In this document: one piece after another, positions 10,330-20,251 of the stretch
How the letters are laid out: the number at the start of each line of letters is the position of its first letter
Numbering within the stretch: position 1 is the stretch's first letter
Assembly: GCA_965249725.1 (NCBI GenBank)
Contig: OZ252251.1
Location: 608,001-672,000 of the forward strand
Source of the DNA: Longimicrobiales bacterium
Lineage (GTDB): Bacteria > Gemmatimonadota > Gemmatimonadetes > Longimicrobiales > Gaopeijiaceae
Direction of reading: 5' to 3'
Length of the DNA stretch: 64,000 nt
Notes under the pieces: generated by a model
Databases searched by the model: none
What the model saw: the letters and a program-made list of their open reading frames with translations, nothing else
What the model was told of the DNA's origin: nothing
Position numbers and translations under genes: made by a program

Positions 10330-12356
10330 ACTTCCGCCCATCCGGGTTCCTGGCGAAGAACACGTCGGTGCGATGCACCATGGTCGTCGCCGGTTGCGTA
10401 CTTGTCTGCCTTCTCTTCCCCGAGGTCCTGTGGGCCGTCCAGGGTGAGGCCCTGTCGTCGGGCGAGACCGTCCGAACCTTTTTCGGGCTGAGCCCCCGAG
10501 CCACAATATGGGTAGTGGCCCAGTTGCACCTCCTGTTCGCGGCATTCGTTCTCGGCGTTCCGATCTTCGCTGTTATCGTGGAATTCATCGGGTGGCGTAC
10601 GGGTGAGCAGCGCTATGATCGCCTGGCTCGGGAGTTCATCAAGCTTCTGACCGTTGCGTTCGCCACGACCGCCGCCCTCGGGGGGCTCCTGGCGTTCACG
10701 CTGTTCGGACTCTATCCGACGTTCTCGGGCTACTTCATCAGCATCTTTTCGCCGTCGCTTTACATCTACGCGGCGTTTTTCTTCGTTGAAACGGGGATCC
10801 TCTACAGCTACTACTATTCATGGGATCGCCTGATGCATCACAAGGGCGTCCACATCACCCTCGGCGTCTTGCTCAACTTGGCAGGCACCGTCCTGGTCTT
10901 CATCTCAAACGCGTGGGCTTCGTACATGATGAGCCCCGTCGGCGTGGACGAGACCGGCACCTTCGTCGGCACTACGATGGAAGCGGTCACGAATCCCCTT
11001 TGGATGCCGTTGAACATCCATCGTGTCCTGGGGAACGTGGCGTTCGGCGGGTTTGTCGTGGGTGCCTATGCCGCTGTCAAGTTCCTTGCCGCTCGCACGG
11101 AAGAGAGGCGGGCCCACTACGACTGGATGGGGTACGTCGGAAACTTCATCGGCCTGGCGGCACTGATACCGCTACCCTTCGCCGGGTACTACCTGGGTCG
11201 AGAAGTCTACAGCGCCAACGCGGTCATGGGAAACAACATGATGGGTGGGGCTTTCTCCTGGACCTTCATCTTGCAGGCCGCGCTCGTGGGCATGCTGTTC
11301 ATTATCGGCAACTACTACTTATGGTCGGGGATGAACCGCATTCCCGGAGCCGAGCGGTATCAGAGATTCGTCAAGTACTTCAACGTCATTCTGATCGTTT
11401 GTGTCGCCATCTGGCTCACCCCCAGGAACCTGCCTCTGAGCGCCGAGGAGCAGCTCGCGCTGGGGGGTCAGGTCCACCCGGTGCTGGGCTATTTTGGCCT
11501 GATGGCGGCCAAGAACGCGGTCATCAACTTCATCATCCTAACTACCTTCGCGAGCTTTCTGCTCTACCGAAGAGCAAACAAGACCGACTTGGTGCCGGTG
11601 TCGGAGCAGGGTCGTGGGGCCGCGACCCTCATCCTGCTGGCGGGCGGGTTGTGTCTGCTCATCCTCGGGTGGTATGCCAGAGTGCTCTTCACCTTGCCCC
11701 CGGACTCGCTGGGTCTAGGACCCGAGAAGGCGATATACGTCCAGATCCCCGCGTTCCTCCTCGTGGCTACGATGCTTGTTGCGGTTGTGTGCGTTGTCTT
11801 GTCGCTTCGGGACCGAGGCCACCTCGCCCAGATAGTCTATGTGGTCACCGTGGCCCTGGGGTCGGTGGGTGTGCTCGGAGTCTACGGGTTCGTCGTCATG
11901 GTGCAGGCCAATCCGCTATTGCGGCAGGTCGCGGCCACACAGTGGCTGATACTCATGTCGGCGTTGATCCTGGTCACCGCCATCGATGTTCTCCTGTTCC
12001 GGGGAGCCAGAAGCCTCGGGGCCATTCGCTGGGGCGAAGTCACGGCCCGCTCCCAGTACGCGTTGATCGCCCTCTGCGTGACCATAGTCTTGACCATGGG
12101 GCTCATGGGGTTCGTGCGCTCCGGGCTCAGGGAGAACTGGCACATTTACGGCGTCATGCGGGACACGTCTGAGTGGGGCTTCACTCCCACGACGGCGGTG
12201 ATGACACAGATGGTGGGAGCCATTACGCTCCTGTTTCTGACGGTTGTGGCTTTCTTGTTTTGGCTCTCGGGCCTGGATGCGAAGGAACAGGTGCCGGCGG
12301 AGTCCGAGGCGTCGGGTCCACGGAAACCGGTGCTCGAACCCGCAGGATCGGATTAG
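10326..12356 (+). CDS. Cytochrome bd-like oxidase subunit I (CydA-like, divergent)
   Basis: Polytopic membrane protein with CydA-like segments AQLHLLFAAFVLG, FFVET, NAWASYMMSP, NPLWMPLNIHR, MGFVRSGLRENWHIYGVMRDT. Confidence 0.85.
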   Translation: MNFRPSGFLAKNTSVRCTMVVAGCVLVCLLFPEVLWAVQGEALSSGETVRTFFGLSPRATIWVVAQLHLLFAAFVLGVPIFAVIVEFIGWRTGEQRYDRLAREFIKLLTVAFATTAALGGLLAFTLFGLYPTFSGYFISIFSPSLYIYAAFFFVETGILYSYYYSWDRLMHHKGVHITLGVLLNLAGTVLVFISNAWASYMMSPVGVDETGTFVGTTMEAVTNPLWMPLNIHRVLGNVAFGGFVVGAYAAVKFLAARTEERRAHYDWMGYVGNFIGLAALIPLPFAGYYLGREVYSANAVMGNNMMGGAFSWTFILQAALVGMLFIIGNYYLWSGMNRIPGAERYQRFVKYFNVILIVCVAIWLTPRNLPLSAEEQLALGGQVHPVLGYFGLMAAKNAVINFIILTTFASFLLYRRANKTDLVPVSEQGRGAATLILLAGGLCLLILGWYARVLFTLPPDSLGLGPEKAIYVQIPAFLLVATMLVAVVCVVLSLRDRGHLAQIVYVVTVALGSVGVLGVYGFVVMVQANPLLRQVAATQWLILMSALILVTAIDVLLFRGARSLGAIRWGEVTARSQYALIALCVTIVLTMGLMGFVRSGLRENWHIYGVMRDTSEWGFTPTTAVMTQMVGAITLLFLTVVAFLFWLSGLDAKEQVPAESEASGPRKPVLEPAGSD

Positions 12357-12361
12357 CACGC

Positions 12362-13336
12362 ATGTCGGCTCTCAAGATCTCGGTCTTCACCATGTGCCTC
12401 ATCGGCCTTTTCATCTGGGCGGGAGGCGCGATCACGCGGGTGTCGGGCGAGGGCGCCCCGGCGGCGTTGGGTGAGGGACTCAGCGTGGAGAACGGGGAGC
12501 AGATCTTCTGGGGCCCGGGAAAGTGCAGCACGTGCCATTCCATCGGGAGTCGCGGGAGTTCCGTGAGGGGCCCGAACCTCGGCCAGTCGGTGGTGGGTCC
12601 GGAGATGGCCATCCGGGCCGTGGAACGGGCACGTGAGCGGTCGGCGGCCCTTGGCAGGACAGTGACGGGTACCGCCTACCTGATCGAGTCCATCGCCGAA
12701 CCGGGCGCCTATGTGGTCGATGGCTTCAAGAACGAGATGCCGATCGTTTACGAGCCGCCTATCAGCCTCGGGCCGGATCAGATCGGCTCCGTCATCCTTT
12801 ACCTTCAGTCCCAGGGTGGCTCACCCGATCCCACGGCCGTGGTGCTGCCCCCTGAGATCCACGCTGCAGCCCGTCGGACCAGCGACGCGGAGCCGTGGGC
12901 ACCTTACATGGATGGCGATTCTCTTGCGGGCCGTGAGCTGTTCTTCGATCTGGAGGGACCGACTCCCTGCGCCAAGTGCCACAGGATCGACGGAGAGGGC
13001 GGCGATGTGGGGCCCGACCTCACGGGCGTCGCTGGAATGCGAACGGCACAGTTCATCGTGGAGTCGATTCTTCAACCCAGCAAAGTAATCGCCGGAGGGT
13101 ACGAGGCTGTCCTCGTGCAGACGACGGACGGGCGCCTCTTGGACGGCGTAATCCGGCGGGAGACCGAGGACACGGTGTGGCTGGCCACGGCCGACGGGGT
13201 GGAGTTCGCCCTCACTGCCGGGAGCATCGCTCGTCGGCGAACGCAGGAGCTATCCCTCATGCCGGGCGACTTTGCCGATCTCCTGTCGGTTGGCGGCCTG
13301 CACGACCTCTTGGCGTTCCTCCGAACACGGCAGTAA
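12362..13336 (+). CDS. Membrane-anchored diheme c-type cytochrome with putative heme-binding C-terminal domain
   Basis: CSTCH and CAKCH; YLIESIAEP, GPDLTGV, ESILQPS, SLMP. Confidence 0.85.
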   Translation: MSALKISVFTMCLIGLFIWAGGAITRVSGEGAPAALGEGLSVENGEQIFWGPGKCSTCHSIGSRGSSVRGPNLGQSVVGPEMAIRAVERARERSAALGRTVTGTAYLIESIAEPGAYVVDGFKNEMPIVYEPPISLGPDQIGSVILYLQSQGGSPDPTAVVLPPEIHAAARRTSDAEPWAPYMDGDSLAGRELFFDLEGPTPCAKCHRIDGEGGDVGPDLTGVAGMRTAQFIVESILQPSKVIAGGYEAVLVQTTDGRLLDGVIRRETEDTVWLATADGVEFALTAGSIARRRTQELSLMPGDFADLLSVGGLHDLLAFLRTRQ

Positions 13337-13348
13337 AGGAGCACTGAC

Positions 13349-14140
13349 TTGGTAAAGGAAGGCGAACCTCGCGTGGGGGGAAGCGGCTTTGCGGCGGCGG
13401 CGGTCACCTTCATCGCGGTCTACGTGGGTCTTCGCTTCGGGGTCCCGTGGCTCGCCGTCCTCGTTGGGCTGAGTCAGACTCCTGCGCCCGTTCCGGGGTT
13501 CGCGCTCGGGGGCTACATGGCGTGCGTCGTTGTGGGCACGTTGGTCTACATGAGTGCTGAAGAGGGACGCTGGCACCTGTTCCTCGTTCCGGTGGTCGGG
13601 GTCTTCACCATCCCCGCCGAGGGCCCGCGGCGTGCCCAGTTGGTGATTCTGGCGCTTATCCCGTTGCTTGCGGGATGGGCGGCGTGGCGGCGGTTGGTGC
13701 CCCCCCCCCGCACCCCGGCCGTAATCCGCGTTCAACACCCGGCCCTCCCCGACCAGTTCGCGGCACTCGAGAACCCGTACGGTGAGGCGTCGCAGGAGGA
13801 ACGAGCGCTACTCGAGCGCGAGGGCGTCGTTCTCTACCAGAAGAACTGCAGGCCCTGCCACGGGACGAAGGCTGACGGGTCAGGGCCTTTGGCTAGGGGT
13901 CAGCGTCTTCGGCCCGTCGATTTTGGCGATCCTGGAACGATCGCCACCGTGGTGGAGCCCTACCCCTTCTGGAGGATCAGTGAAGGGACGAAGGGGCTGC
14001 CCGGCATCGCCACGCCCTGGAACTCTGCCATGCCCTCCTGGGGAGAAGAGCTCGACGACGAAGAGATCTGGCGTATCATCATGGCCGAGTACCGTCTAGC
14101 GGGGACCGAGCCCCGCCGGCCGGAGGGCTCGGAGCGATGA
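13349..14140 (+). CDS. Membrane-bound monoheme c-type cytochrome
   Basis: Three N-terminal hydrophobic segments; CRPCH; distal SAMPSW; SD AAAGGAG before TTG. Confidence 0.85.
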   Translation: MVKEGEPRVGGSGFAAAAVTFIAVYVGLRFGVPWLAVLVGLSQTPAPVPGFALGGYMACVVVGTLVYMSAEEGRWHLFLVPVVGVFTIPAEGPRRAQLVILALIPLLAGWAAWRRLVPPPRTPAVIRVQHPALPDQFAALENPYGEASQEERALLEREGVVLYQKNCRPCHGTKADGSGPLARGQRLRPVDFGDPGTIATVVEPYPFWRISEGTKGLPGIATPWNSAMPSWGEELDDEEIWRIIMAEYRLAGTEPRRPEGSER

Positions 14141-15840
14141 GTGCGTGGGTCGGAAGAGGCTCGGTCGTCGCCCTATTGGCGGTTGGGCTTTCTGGGATAG
14201 CGCCGACCGACGGCGCGGCCCAGTGGTACGAGCTCCGTGTTCCCGAGAGGCCGGCTCTGGATGACACCGACGTCGAGAAGGGTAGGGAGGTATACCAGGA
14301 GCGCTGCTGGTTCTGTCACGGTGATGACGGCGACGGCGAGGGTCCGGTAGCGCCATACCTCTTTCCGCGGCCCCGGGACTTCACCATGGGCAGCTTCAAG
14401 CTCCGCACGACCCAGAGTGGCGAGCTTCCCCTCGATGAGGACCTCTTTCGGACGATTACGCTGGGCATCGACGGCACCGCCATGCCGGGCTGGGAATCCC
14501 ACCTCACCGAGGAGGAGCGGTGGCAGGTGATCGCGTACGTCAAGAGCTTCGCCGCCGATCTCTTCGAGGACGAGTTTTTCGATCCGTACCAGGCCATCGT
14601 AGAGATTGGAGACCCGCCGGGTGGGGCCCAGGAGGATCTGGTCGCGGCGGGCCAGATCGTCTTCGACGAGAACAAGTGCTGGGAGTGCCACGGAGCCCTC
14701 GGGCGAGGGGACGGCGACAGGGCCCCCGAGCTGACGGACGATTGGGATTTCCCCATCGCGCCCACCGACCTCCATGTTGGATGGAAGATCAAAGGAGGCC
14801 GGTCGGTGCGCGAGCTCTACCTGCGCTTTTCGACGGGCCTCGACGGCACGCCCATGCCCTCCTATGAGGCGACCGTCGGCGAAGAGCAGCGGTGGCAGTT
14901 GGCCTATTACGTGGCTTCTCTCACCGGCGACGTGGAGGACGACGATTCGGGCGGCGGCGTCATCATTCCCGGGCGCCGAATCGATGGTCCGCTACCCGCG
15001 GGACCCCTCGACCCCGCGTGGGAATGGGCCGCAGAGGTTTCGGTGCCGTTGACGGGTCAGGCCACGTTCGCGCCCCGGTGGCAGATCCCGGCCGTGACGG
15101 ACCTGGCTGTCAGGGTGCTTTTCAACGAAGACGAGATCGCTTTTCGCCTGGCTTGGGACGATCGATTCGCCGATACGACCGCGGTCGACTCGTTGCTCTC
15201 CCTTTCGGAAGGATGGAGTGCGGACGACACCTATCCGCGACTGTTCCCCGACGGTGGGCGAGTGCGCGGGTACTTCAGTGATGCGGCGGAGGTCATGATT
15301 CCCGTGCGTTACGAGGAGAGTCCGGTCCTGCCTCACTTCGTATACGGGAATGCCGGCAAACCCGTGGACCTCTGGCGATGGCAGGCGGACCGGCAGTACG
15401 CTCACGCAAACACAGCGGCCGTGGTGGAGCTTCGTGCGGCCGGCGCTGAACGGCCACCGGAGCCCCATGCCTTGGAGAGTCAGACCGCGACGGGAGGCGG
15501 CGTTTGGGCCGACGGTCGCTGGTCGGTCGTGATCCGCAGACGCCTCCGGACGGAGGAGGGCGCGGCGGAGGTGCAACTCCGCCCCGGGGATCTGATTCCC
15601 CTGGCCTTCCACGTGTGGGAGGGAAACAACGGAGAGACGGGACTCAGGATGAGCCTATCGTCGTGGGCGTTCCTCGATCTGCATGAGCCCGCCCCGGTTA
15701 TGACCTACTTCGCCGTGCTCTTGGTCGTCATCCTCGCTGGGCTGCTCGAATTGGGCGTCGTCCGATGGAGCGCACGACGACGGGCCACACCTTCTCCGTT
15801 CGAGAGAGGCGTGGATCCGCCCACCTATAGCGAGAGTTGA
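14137..15840 (+). CDS. Diheme c-type cytochrome fused to ethylbenzene-dehydrogenase-gamma-like (EB_dh/DOMON) heme-binding domain, C-terminal TM anchor
   Basis: CWFCH, PRPRDFT, CWECH, GTPMPSY; then IAFRLAWDD, FSDAAEVMIP, VDLWRWQA, GRWSVVIRRRL, AFHVWEGNNGE; hydrophobic C-terminal helix. Confidence 0.85.
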   Translation: MSAWVGRGSVVALLAVGLSGIAPTDGAAQWYELRVPERPALDDTDVEKGREVYQERCWFCHGDDGDGEGPVAPYLFPRPRDFTMGSFKLRTTQSGELPLDEDLFRTITLGIDGTAMPGWESHLTEEERWQVIAYVKSFAADLFEDEFFDPYQAIVEIGDPPGGAQEDLVAAGQIVFDENKCWECHGALGRGDGDRAPELTDDWDFPIAPTDLHVGWKIKGGRSVRELYLRFSTGLDGTPMPSYEATVGEEQRWQLAYYVASLTGDVEDDDSGGGVIIPGRRIDGPLPAGPLDPAWEWAAEVSVPLTGQATFAPRWQIPAVTDLAVRVLFNEDEIAFRLAWDDRFADTTAVDSLLSLSEGWSADDTYPRLFPDGGRVRGYFSDAAEVMIPVRYEESPVLPHFVYGNAGKPVDLWRWQADRQYAHANTAAVVELRAAGAERPPEPHALESQTATGGGVWADGRWSVVIRRRLRTEEGAAEVQLRPGDLIPLAFHVWEGNNGETGLRMSLSSWAFLDLHEPAPVMTYFAVLLVVILAGLLELGVVRWSARRRATPSPFERGVDPPTYSES

Positions 15841-15862
15841 ACCGGCCAGCCGGGAGTAGAAC

Positions 15863-17773
15863 ATGACCGCCAGAAGGGACCGCGAACTGGGCCTGGATCG
15901 GCCCATCACCCGTAGGGATTTCGTGTATGGATCGGCGGTGCTCGCTGCGGGTGCCGTGGCCGGGTGCCGACCGGGCGATTCGGCGGATCCGGGCGGGGCC
16001 GCGTCGGGCTCACAGGCCGCCTACCAATTCGAAGTTGGGGACGACTGGTTCGGTCCGGGCGGGGTCGGTGACTACCGCGACTCTCACGGCAACACACCAG
16101 GGTTGGTACGCGACGCCCATCGCATTCGGGCGGGAGAGTTCGACGAGGCACCGGCCAACGCTATCGACAGTGGAGAGGACTACGACCTGGTGGTCGTCGG
16201 TGGTGGGTTCTCGGGACTCTCGGCCGCGCACCACTTCCGCCGGCTCAACCCGGGTGGACGCTGCCTCATTCTGGACAACCACCCGATCTTCGGCGGGGAA
16301 GCCAAGCGCAACGAGTTCCTGGTCGATGGCCATCGCCTCACGGGTCCCCAGGGGTCCAACGATTTTGGTGTTCAGGCGGCCACGGGGGGGCCGAACGACT
16401 ACTTCACGTCCCTCGGCATCCCTCGAGAATTCGAGTACCGCGAGCCCGGAGGTGCCGCTGCCGGAATGAAGATCCCGTTCGACAACTATGGCTTCCTTCA
16501 CTGGCAGCACGACCTGTTTTCCGTGGGCCACTTCTTCGACGATGGTGGCGGGCGCTGGGTCAACGACCTGTGGCGCAGCGGTCTGGACCAGGCTCCGTGG
16601 AGCTCCGGCGTGCGTGACTCCTTCCGCGGAGCGCGGGAAGAGGACGTGGAGCGGCATGCCCAGGGGGAAATCGGTCCCTGGCTCGACTCCATGACCATGA
16701 AGGAGTACTACGAGGGCGTACTAGGCCTTCCGCCGGAGGTGACCGCCTATGTCGATCCGATCCTCGCGAGCATCATCGGGTTGGGGTGTGACGCGATCTC
16801 GGCCTGGTGGGGACTCCATTTCGAGCTTCCCGGGTTCCGGAAGCCCGATCGGTACGCCGACTTCACGTTCCATTGCTTCCCCGGGGGAAATGCAGGACTC
16901 GCCCGGTACTTCGTGAAGAACCTGATCCCCGATGGAATCGCAGGGTCGGCGGAGTTGCTTGACGTCCTGAATGGAGCGGTGGACTTCGATCGCCTGGATC
17001 GGTCCGACAACCCCGTCCGAATGCGACTCGGATCCACAGTCGTTCGGGTCGAGCATCGGGGGGTTGTGAGCAGTTCCGAGCGCGTCGTGATCACCTATGT
17101 AAAGGACGAAGAGGTCCACCAGCTCAGCGCCCGGAACGTGGTCATGGCCTCCGGTGGCTGGGTCAACCGCCGTGTCCTGCGCGATCTTCCCGAAGGTCAT
17201 CGACAGGCGTACGAGGGATTCAGCCACTCGCCGGTGCTCGTCGCCAACGTGGCGCTCACCAACTGGCGTTTTCTGGAGCGCCTGGGCGTCGCGGCAGGTA
17301 TCTGGTCGGGCGGATTCGGATTCTACTGCAACATCCGGCGGCCGATGCTGGTGGGCGGGGAAGCTCCGCCGCTCCATCCCGACCAGCCCGTCGTGATGAC
17401 CTTCTACGCGCCGAGCTACTCTCCGGGAATGGCGGCTGCCGACCAGGGCGTTGCGGGCCGTACGCAGGTGTTGGGTACGTCCTTTCCCGCGTACGAGAGG
17501 CAGATTCGGGAGCAGATGGTCCGGCTCTTCGGCGACGCCGGGTTCGATCCGGCCAATGACATCGCCGGGATCATCTTGAATCGTTGGGGGCACGCTTACG
17601 TGAATCCCGGCCCCGGATTCATGTTCGGCCGTGGTGGAGCGCCGGCCCCTCCCGACGTCATCCGGGAGCCGTTCGGGCGTGTCGCCATCGGCCACTCGGA
17701 GCTCCGAGGGCATCAGAACTGGACGGGTGCGGCGGGAGAGGGGCGCCGGGCTGTCGAGGCACTGCTGAGCTGA
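15863..17773 (+). CDS. Tat-exported FAD-dependent oxidoreductase, spermidine dehydrogenase (SpdH)-like
   Basis: ITRRDF Tat motif; YDLVVVGGGFSGLSAA; ILDNHPIFGGEAKRNEF; FPGGNAG; NRWGHAY. Confidence 0.8.
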   Translation: MTARRDRELGLDRPITRRDFVYGSAVLAAGAVAGCRPGDSADPGGAASGSQAAYQFEVGDDWFGPGGVGDYRDSHGNTPGLVRDAHRIRAGEFDEAPANAIDSGEDYDLVVVGGGFSGLSAAHHFRRLNPGGRCLILDNHPIFGGEAKRNEFLVDGHRLTGPQGSNDFGVQAATGGPNDYFTSLGIPREFEYREPGGAAAGMKIPFDNYGFLHWQHDLFSVGHFFDDGGGRWVNDLWRSGLDQAPWSSGVRDSFRGAREEDVERHAQGEIGPWLDSMTMKEYYEGVLGLPPEVTAYVDPILASIIGLGCDAISAWWGLHFELPGFRKPDRYADFTFHCFPGGNAGLARYFVKNLIPDGIAGSAELLDVLNGAVDFDRLDRSDNPVRMRLGSTVVRVEHRGVVSSSERVVITYVKDEEVHQLSARNVVMASGGWVNRRVLRDLPEGHRQAYEGFSHSPVLVANVALTNWRFLERLGVAAGIWSGGFGFYCNIRRPMLVGGEAPPLHPDQPVVMTFYAPSYSPGMAAADQGVAGRTQVLGTSFPAYERQIREQMVRLFGDAGFDPANDIAGIILNRWGHAYVNPGPGFMFGRGGAPAPPDVIREPFGRVAIGHSELRGHQNWTGAAGEGRRAVEALLS

Positions 17774-17797
17774 GGAGCGAGTCGGCGGAGGCCGACA

Positions 17798-19525
17798 CTA
17801 TCTCCTGTAGACGATCCGGCCGTCGACGATGGTGGCCACGATCTCTCCATCGAGGATGCCACCGGGGTCCTGTGATTCCAGGGCGAACGGGTCGATGTCC
17901 ATGACGGTGAGATCCGCCCAACGCCCGGCCTCGATTACGCCTGATTCGTCCTCGCTGAAGGCCACGTACGCCGCCCAGTTGGTGTAGGCCCGCACCGTTT
18001 CCTCGGCGGTGAGCGACTGAGCGGCATACCATCCTCCCGAGGGCTCCCTGGACTTGTTGCGCCTCGTCATCGCCGCGTGCATTCCGTAGAAGACGCTCCA
18101 GTCCGATCCGGGCAGGTCGGAGTTGAACGTCAACTCGGTGCCAGCGGATCGCAGCGTCCTCCATGCGTACGCGCCCTTGATGCGATCAGGCCCCACGCGC
18201 TCCTCAGCCCACGGCATGTCCTCGACCGCGTGAGCCGGCTCCATGGAGGCTACCAGGTCGAGCTCCGCGAATCGCGGAATGTCGTCGGGGTGGACGACCT
18301 GAGCGTGTTCGATCCGATTGCGGTTCTCGCGAGCATCGGGAACGTCGCCGTAGACGGACTCGATATAGTCCAAGGTCTCCCGGTTGCCGGCGTCACCGAT
18401 GGCGTGGATCGCTACCTGGAATCCAGCAGCCATCATGCGACGCAGCCAAGTCGCGTCGAAACCATAGCCTTCTCCGGCCAGGCCTCGATGCCCTGATGTG
18501 TCCGAGTAGTCCTCGATGAGTCGTGCCCCGCGCGAACCCAGGGCGCCGTCGTAGAAGGCCTTCACCGACCGGGTCCGCAGCATCGATTCTACGTCTCGGT
18601 CGGGGCCGCGAGCCTCCCAAACGGCCAGCACTGCTGTGTCCCGCGCCGAGAGCATCGAGTAGACCCGCACGGGCAGCCGCTCGTCCGCTTCGAGAGCCTC
18701 GAATGCGGCCATGGTCTCGGTGGGTGCGCCGGCCTCGTGCACGGCTACGAAACCGGATCGTGCCATCTCCGCGAGCCCGTCCAGGATCTGCTCCTGGAGC
18801 TGCTCGTGGGGCGGGGCGGGAATGGCATCGTCCAGGAGCGGGACGGCCCGGTTGAGCAGCAGACCCGTGGGACGCCCCTGAGCGTCCTTGCGGATCTCGC
18901 CCCCCACCGGGGTCTCGGTGTCTGCCGTGATCCCCGCCGCCTCGAAGGCCAGTCGATTTCCCCAGCCGGCGAAGCCGTGAAGGCTTCTCATGTACACGGG
19001 GTGGTTCGGCACCGCCTCCGAGATCATTTCCATGTCGGGGTATCGATTGGCCCACGCTCCCTCGTCCCATCCGGCGCCTACGATCCAGGTCCCTTCCGGG
19101 ATCAGGGCGGCTCGCTCGGCGACCAGCGCGACCGCGTCCTCTTCCGTAGCCACATCCACCAGGTTGACCCGGGCCAACAAGGCGCCGAGCTCGACCACGT
19201 GCGTGTGGGAGTCGACCATACCCGGCAGGACCGTGGCACCCCCGAGGTCCAGTACTTCCGTGCTGGCTCCCCGATAGGCCTCTGCATCGGCGGCAGGGCC
19301 CACGAAGAGGATTCTCCCATCACGGATCGCCACGGCCGTAGCGTCGGGCTGCCAGCCGTCTGCGGCCGAATAAGGCGCGTCGAGCGCGGGCGCGCCGTCG
19401 ATGCCGGGCTCGCCCCACGTGAGGGTATAGACGCGCGCGTTGGTCAGAAGAAGGTCGGCGGATCTGGGCCCGCACGCGAAAAGCGTGGTCGGGAGAATCA
19501 ACGAGAGGAGGATACGTCGGTTCAC
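17798..19525 (-). CDS. YtcJ-like amidohydrolase (Amidohydro_3), lipoprotein
   Basis: PGMVDSHTH, KAFYDGALGSRGA, IHAIGD, RIEHAQ, NSD, GRWADLTV; lipobox LFAC. Confidence 0.9.
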   Translation of the reverse strand: MNRRILLSLILPTTLFACGPRSADLLLTNARVYTLTWGEPGIDGAPALDAPYSAADGWQPDATAVAIRDGRILFVGPAADAEAYRGASTEVLDLGGATVLPGMVDSHTHVVELGALLARVNLVDVATEEDAVALVAERAALIPEGTWIVGAGWDEGAWANRYPDMEMISEAVPNHPVYMRSLHGFAGWGNRLAFEAAGITADTETPVGGEIRKDAQGRPTGLLLNRAVPLLDDAIPAPPHEQLQEQILDGLAEMARSGFVAVHEAGAPTETMAAFEALEADERLPVRVYSMLSARDTAVLAVWEARGPDRDVESMLRTRSVKAFYDGALGSRGARLIEDYSDTSGHRGLAGEGYGFDATWLRRMMAAGFQVAIHAIGDAGNRETLDYIESVYGDVPDARENRNRIEHAQVVHPDDIPRFAELDLVASMEPAHAVEDMPWAEERVGPDRIKGAYAWRTLRSAGTELTFNSDLPGSDWSVFYGMHAAMTRRNKSREPSGGWYAAQSLTAEETVRAYTNWAAYVAFSEDESGVIEAGRWADLTVMDIDPFALESQDPGGILDGEIVATIVDGRIVYRR

Positions 19526-19675
19526 GGATGGCTCCCTGGATGGGCACTGCTGAGACTGAATCGCCGACGATACGGTGAGACGGCTGGCAGGACCAGGAGT
19601 GGACGGACCCGCGGGTTCTAGCGGCTCCCTGCACGCCGCGACTAAGTTCACCGCCCACTCAAAGAAGGAGCGCGG

Positions 19676-20251
19676 ATGGATCGGCGCCATCTCCTACGAA
19701 TCCTCGGTACTACGGCGACTGCGGCCGGCCTCTCTCCCGGCCAGCTGGCCGCTTTGTTGCCTCAGGGATCTCGACGGCGACCGGAGAGCGCCTTCTTCAC
19801 CGCCGAACAGCGTGAGGCAGTGGCTGCTTTGTCCGAGGCCATCATCCCGGAGACGGACACGCCTGGTGCCGTGGAGGCGGGCGTGGTCGAGTTCATCGAG
19901 ATGATCGTCTCCGAGTGGATGAGGCCGGACGAACGTGAGCGTTTCATGCGCGGACTGGCTCACGTGGACGACCACACGGAGGCTCAGGCCGGAGTCCGAT
20001 TCGCCTATTCGGGAGAGGCCACACAGACGGCGATCCTGTCGGGGCTCGAGGCCGAGGGGCGCGTCCTCATGGACGAGGATGAAGAGGCGCCTGCCCCGTT
20101 CTTCCACCACCTCCGTAGTCTCGTGCTGAGCGGGTACTACACCTCCGAGATCGGGATGAAACAGGAGCTTCTGTGGCAGGAGATCCCGGGCCGCTTCGAC
20201 GGGTGCGTAGATCTGACCGAGGTCACCCGGCAGACGGTGGAGGGCGGCTGA
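19676..20251 (+). CDS. Gluconate 2-dehydrogenase subunit 3 family protein
   Basis: MDRRHLL Tat-like start; IIPETDTPGA; LSGYYTSEIG. Confidence 0.9.
   Translation: MDRRHLLRILGTTATAAGLSPGQLAALLPQGSRRRPESAFFTAEQREAVAALSEAIIPETDTPGAVEAGVVEFIEMIVSEWMRPDERERFMRGLAHVDDHTEAQAGVRFAYSGEATQTAILSGLEAEGRVLMDEDEEAPAPFFHHLRSLVLSGYYTSEIGMKQELLWQEIPGRFDGCVDLTEVTRQTVEGG

Noticed and set aside
10326..12356. Calling this gene canonical cydA
   Set aside because: No cydB partner, GRQPW motif altered and no evident Q-loop.
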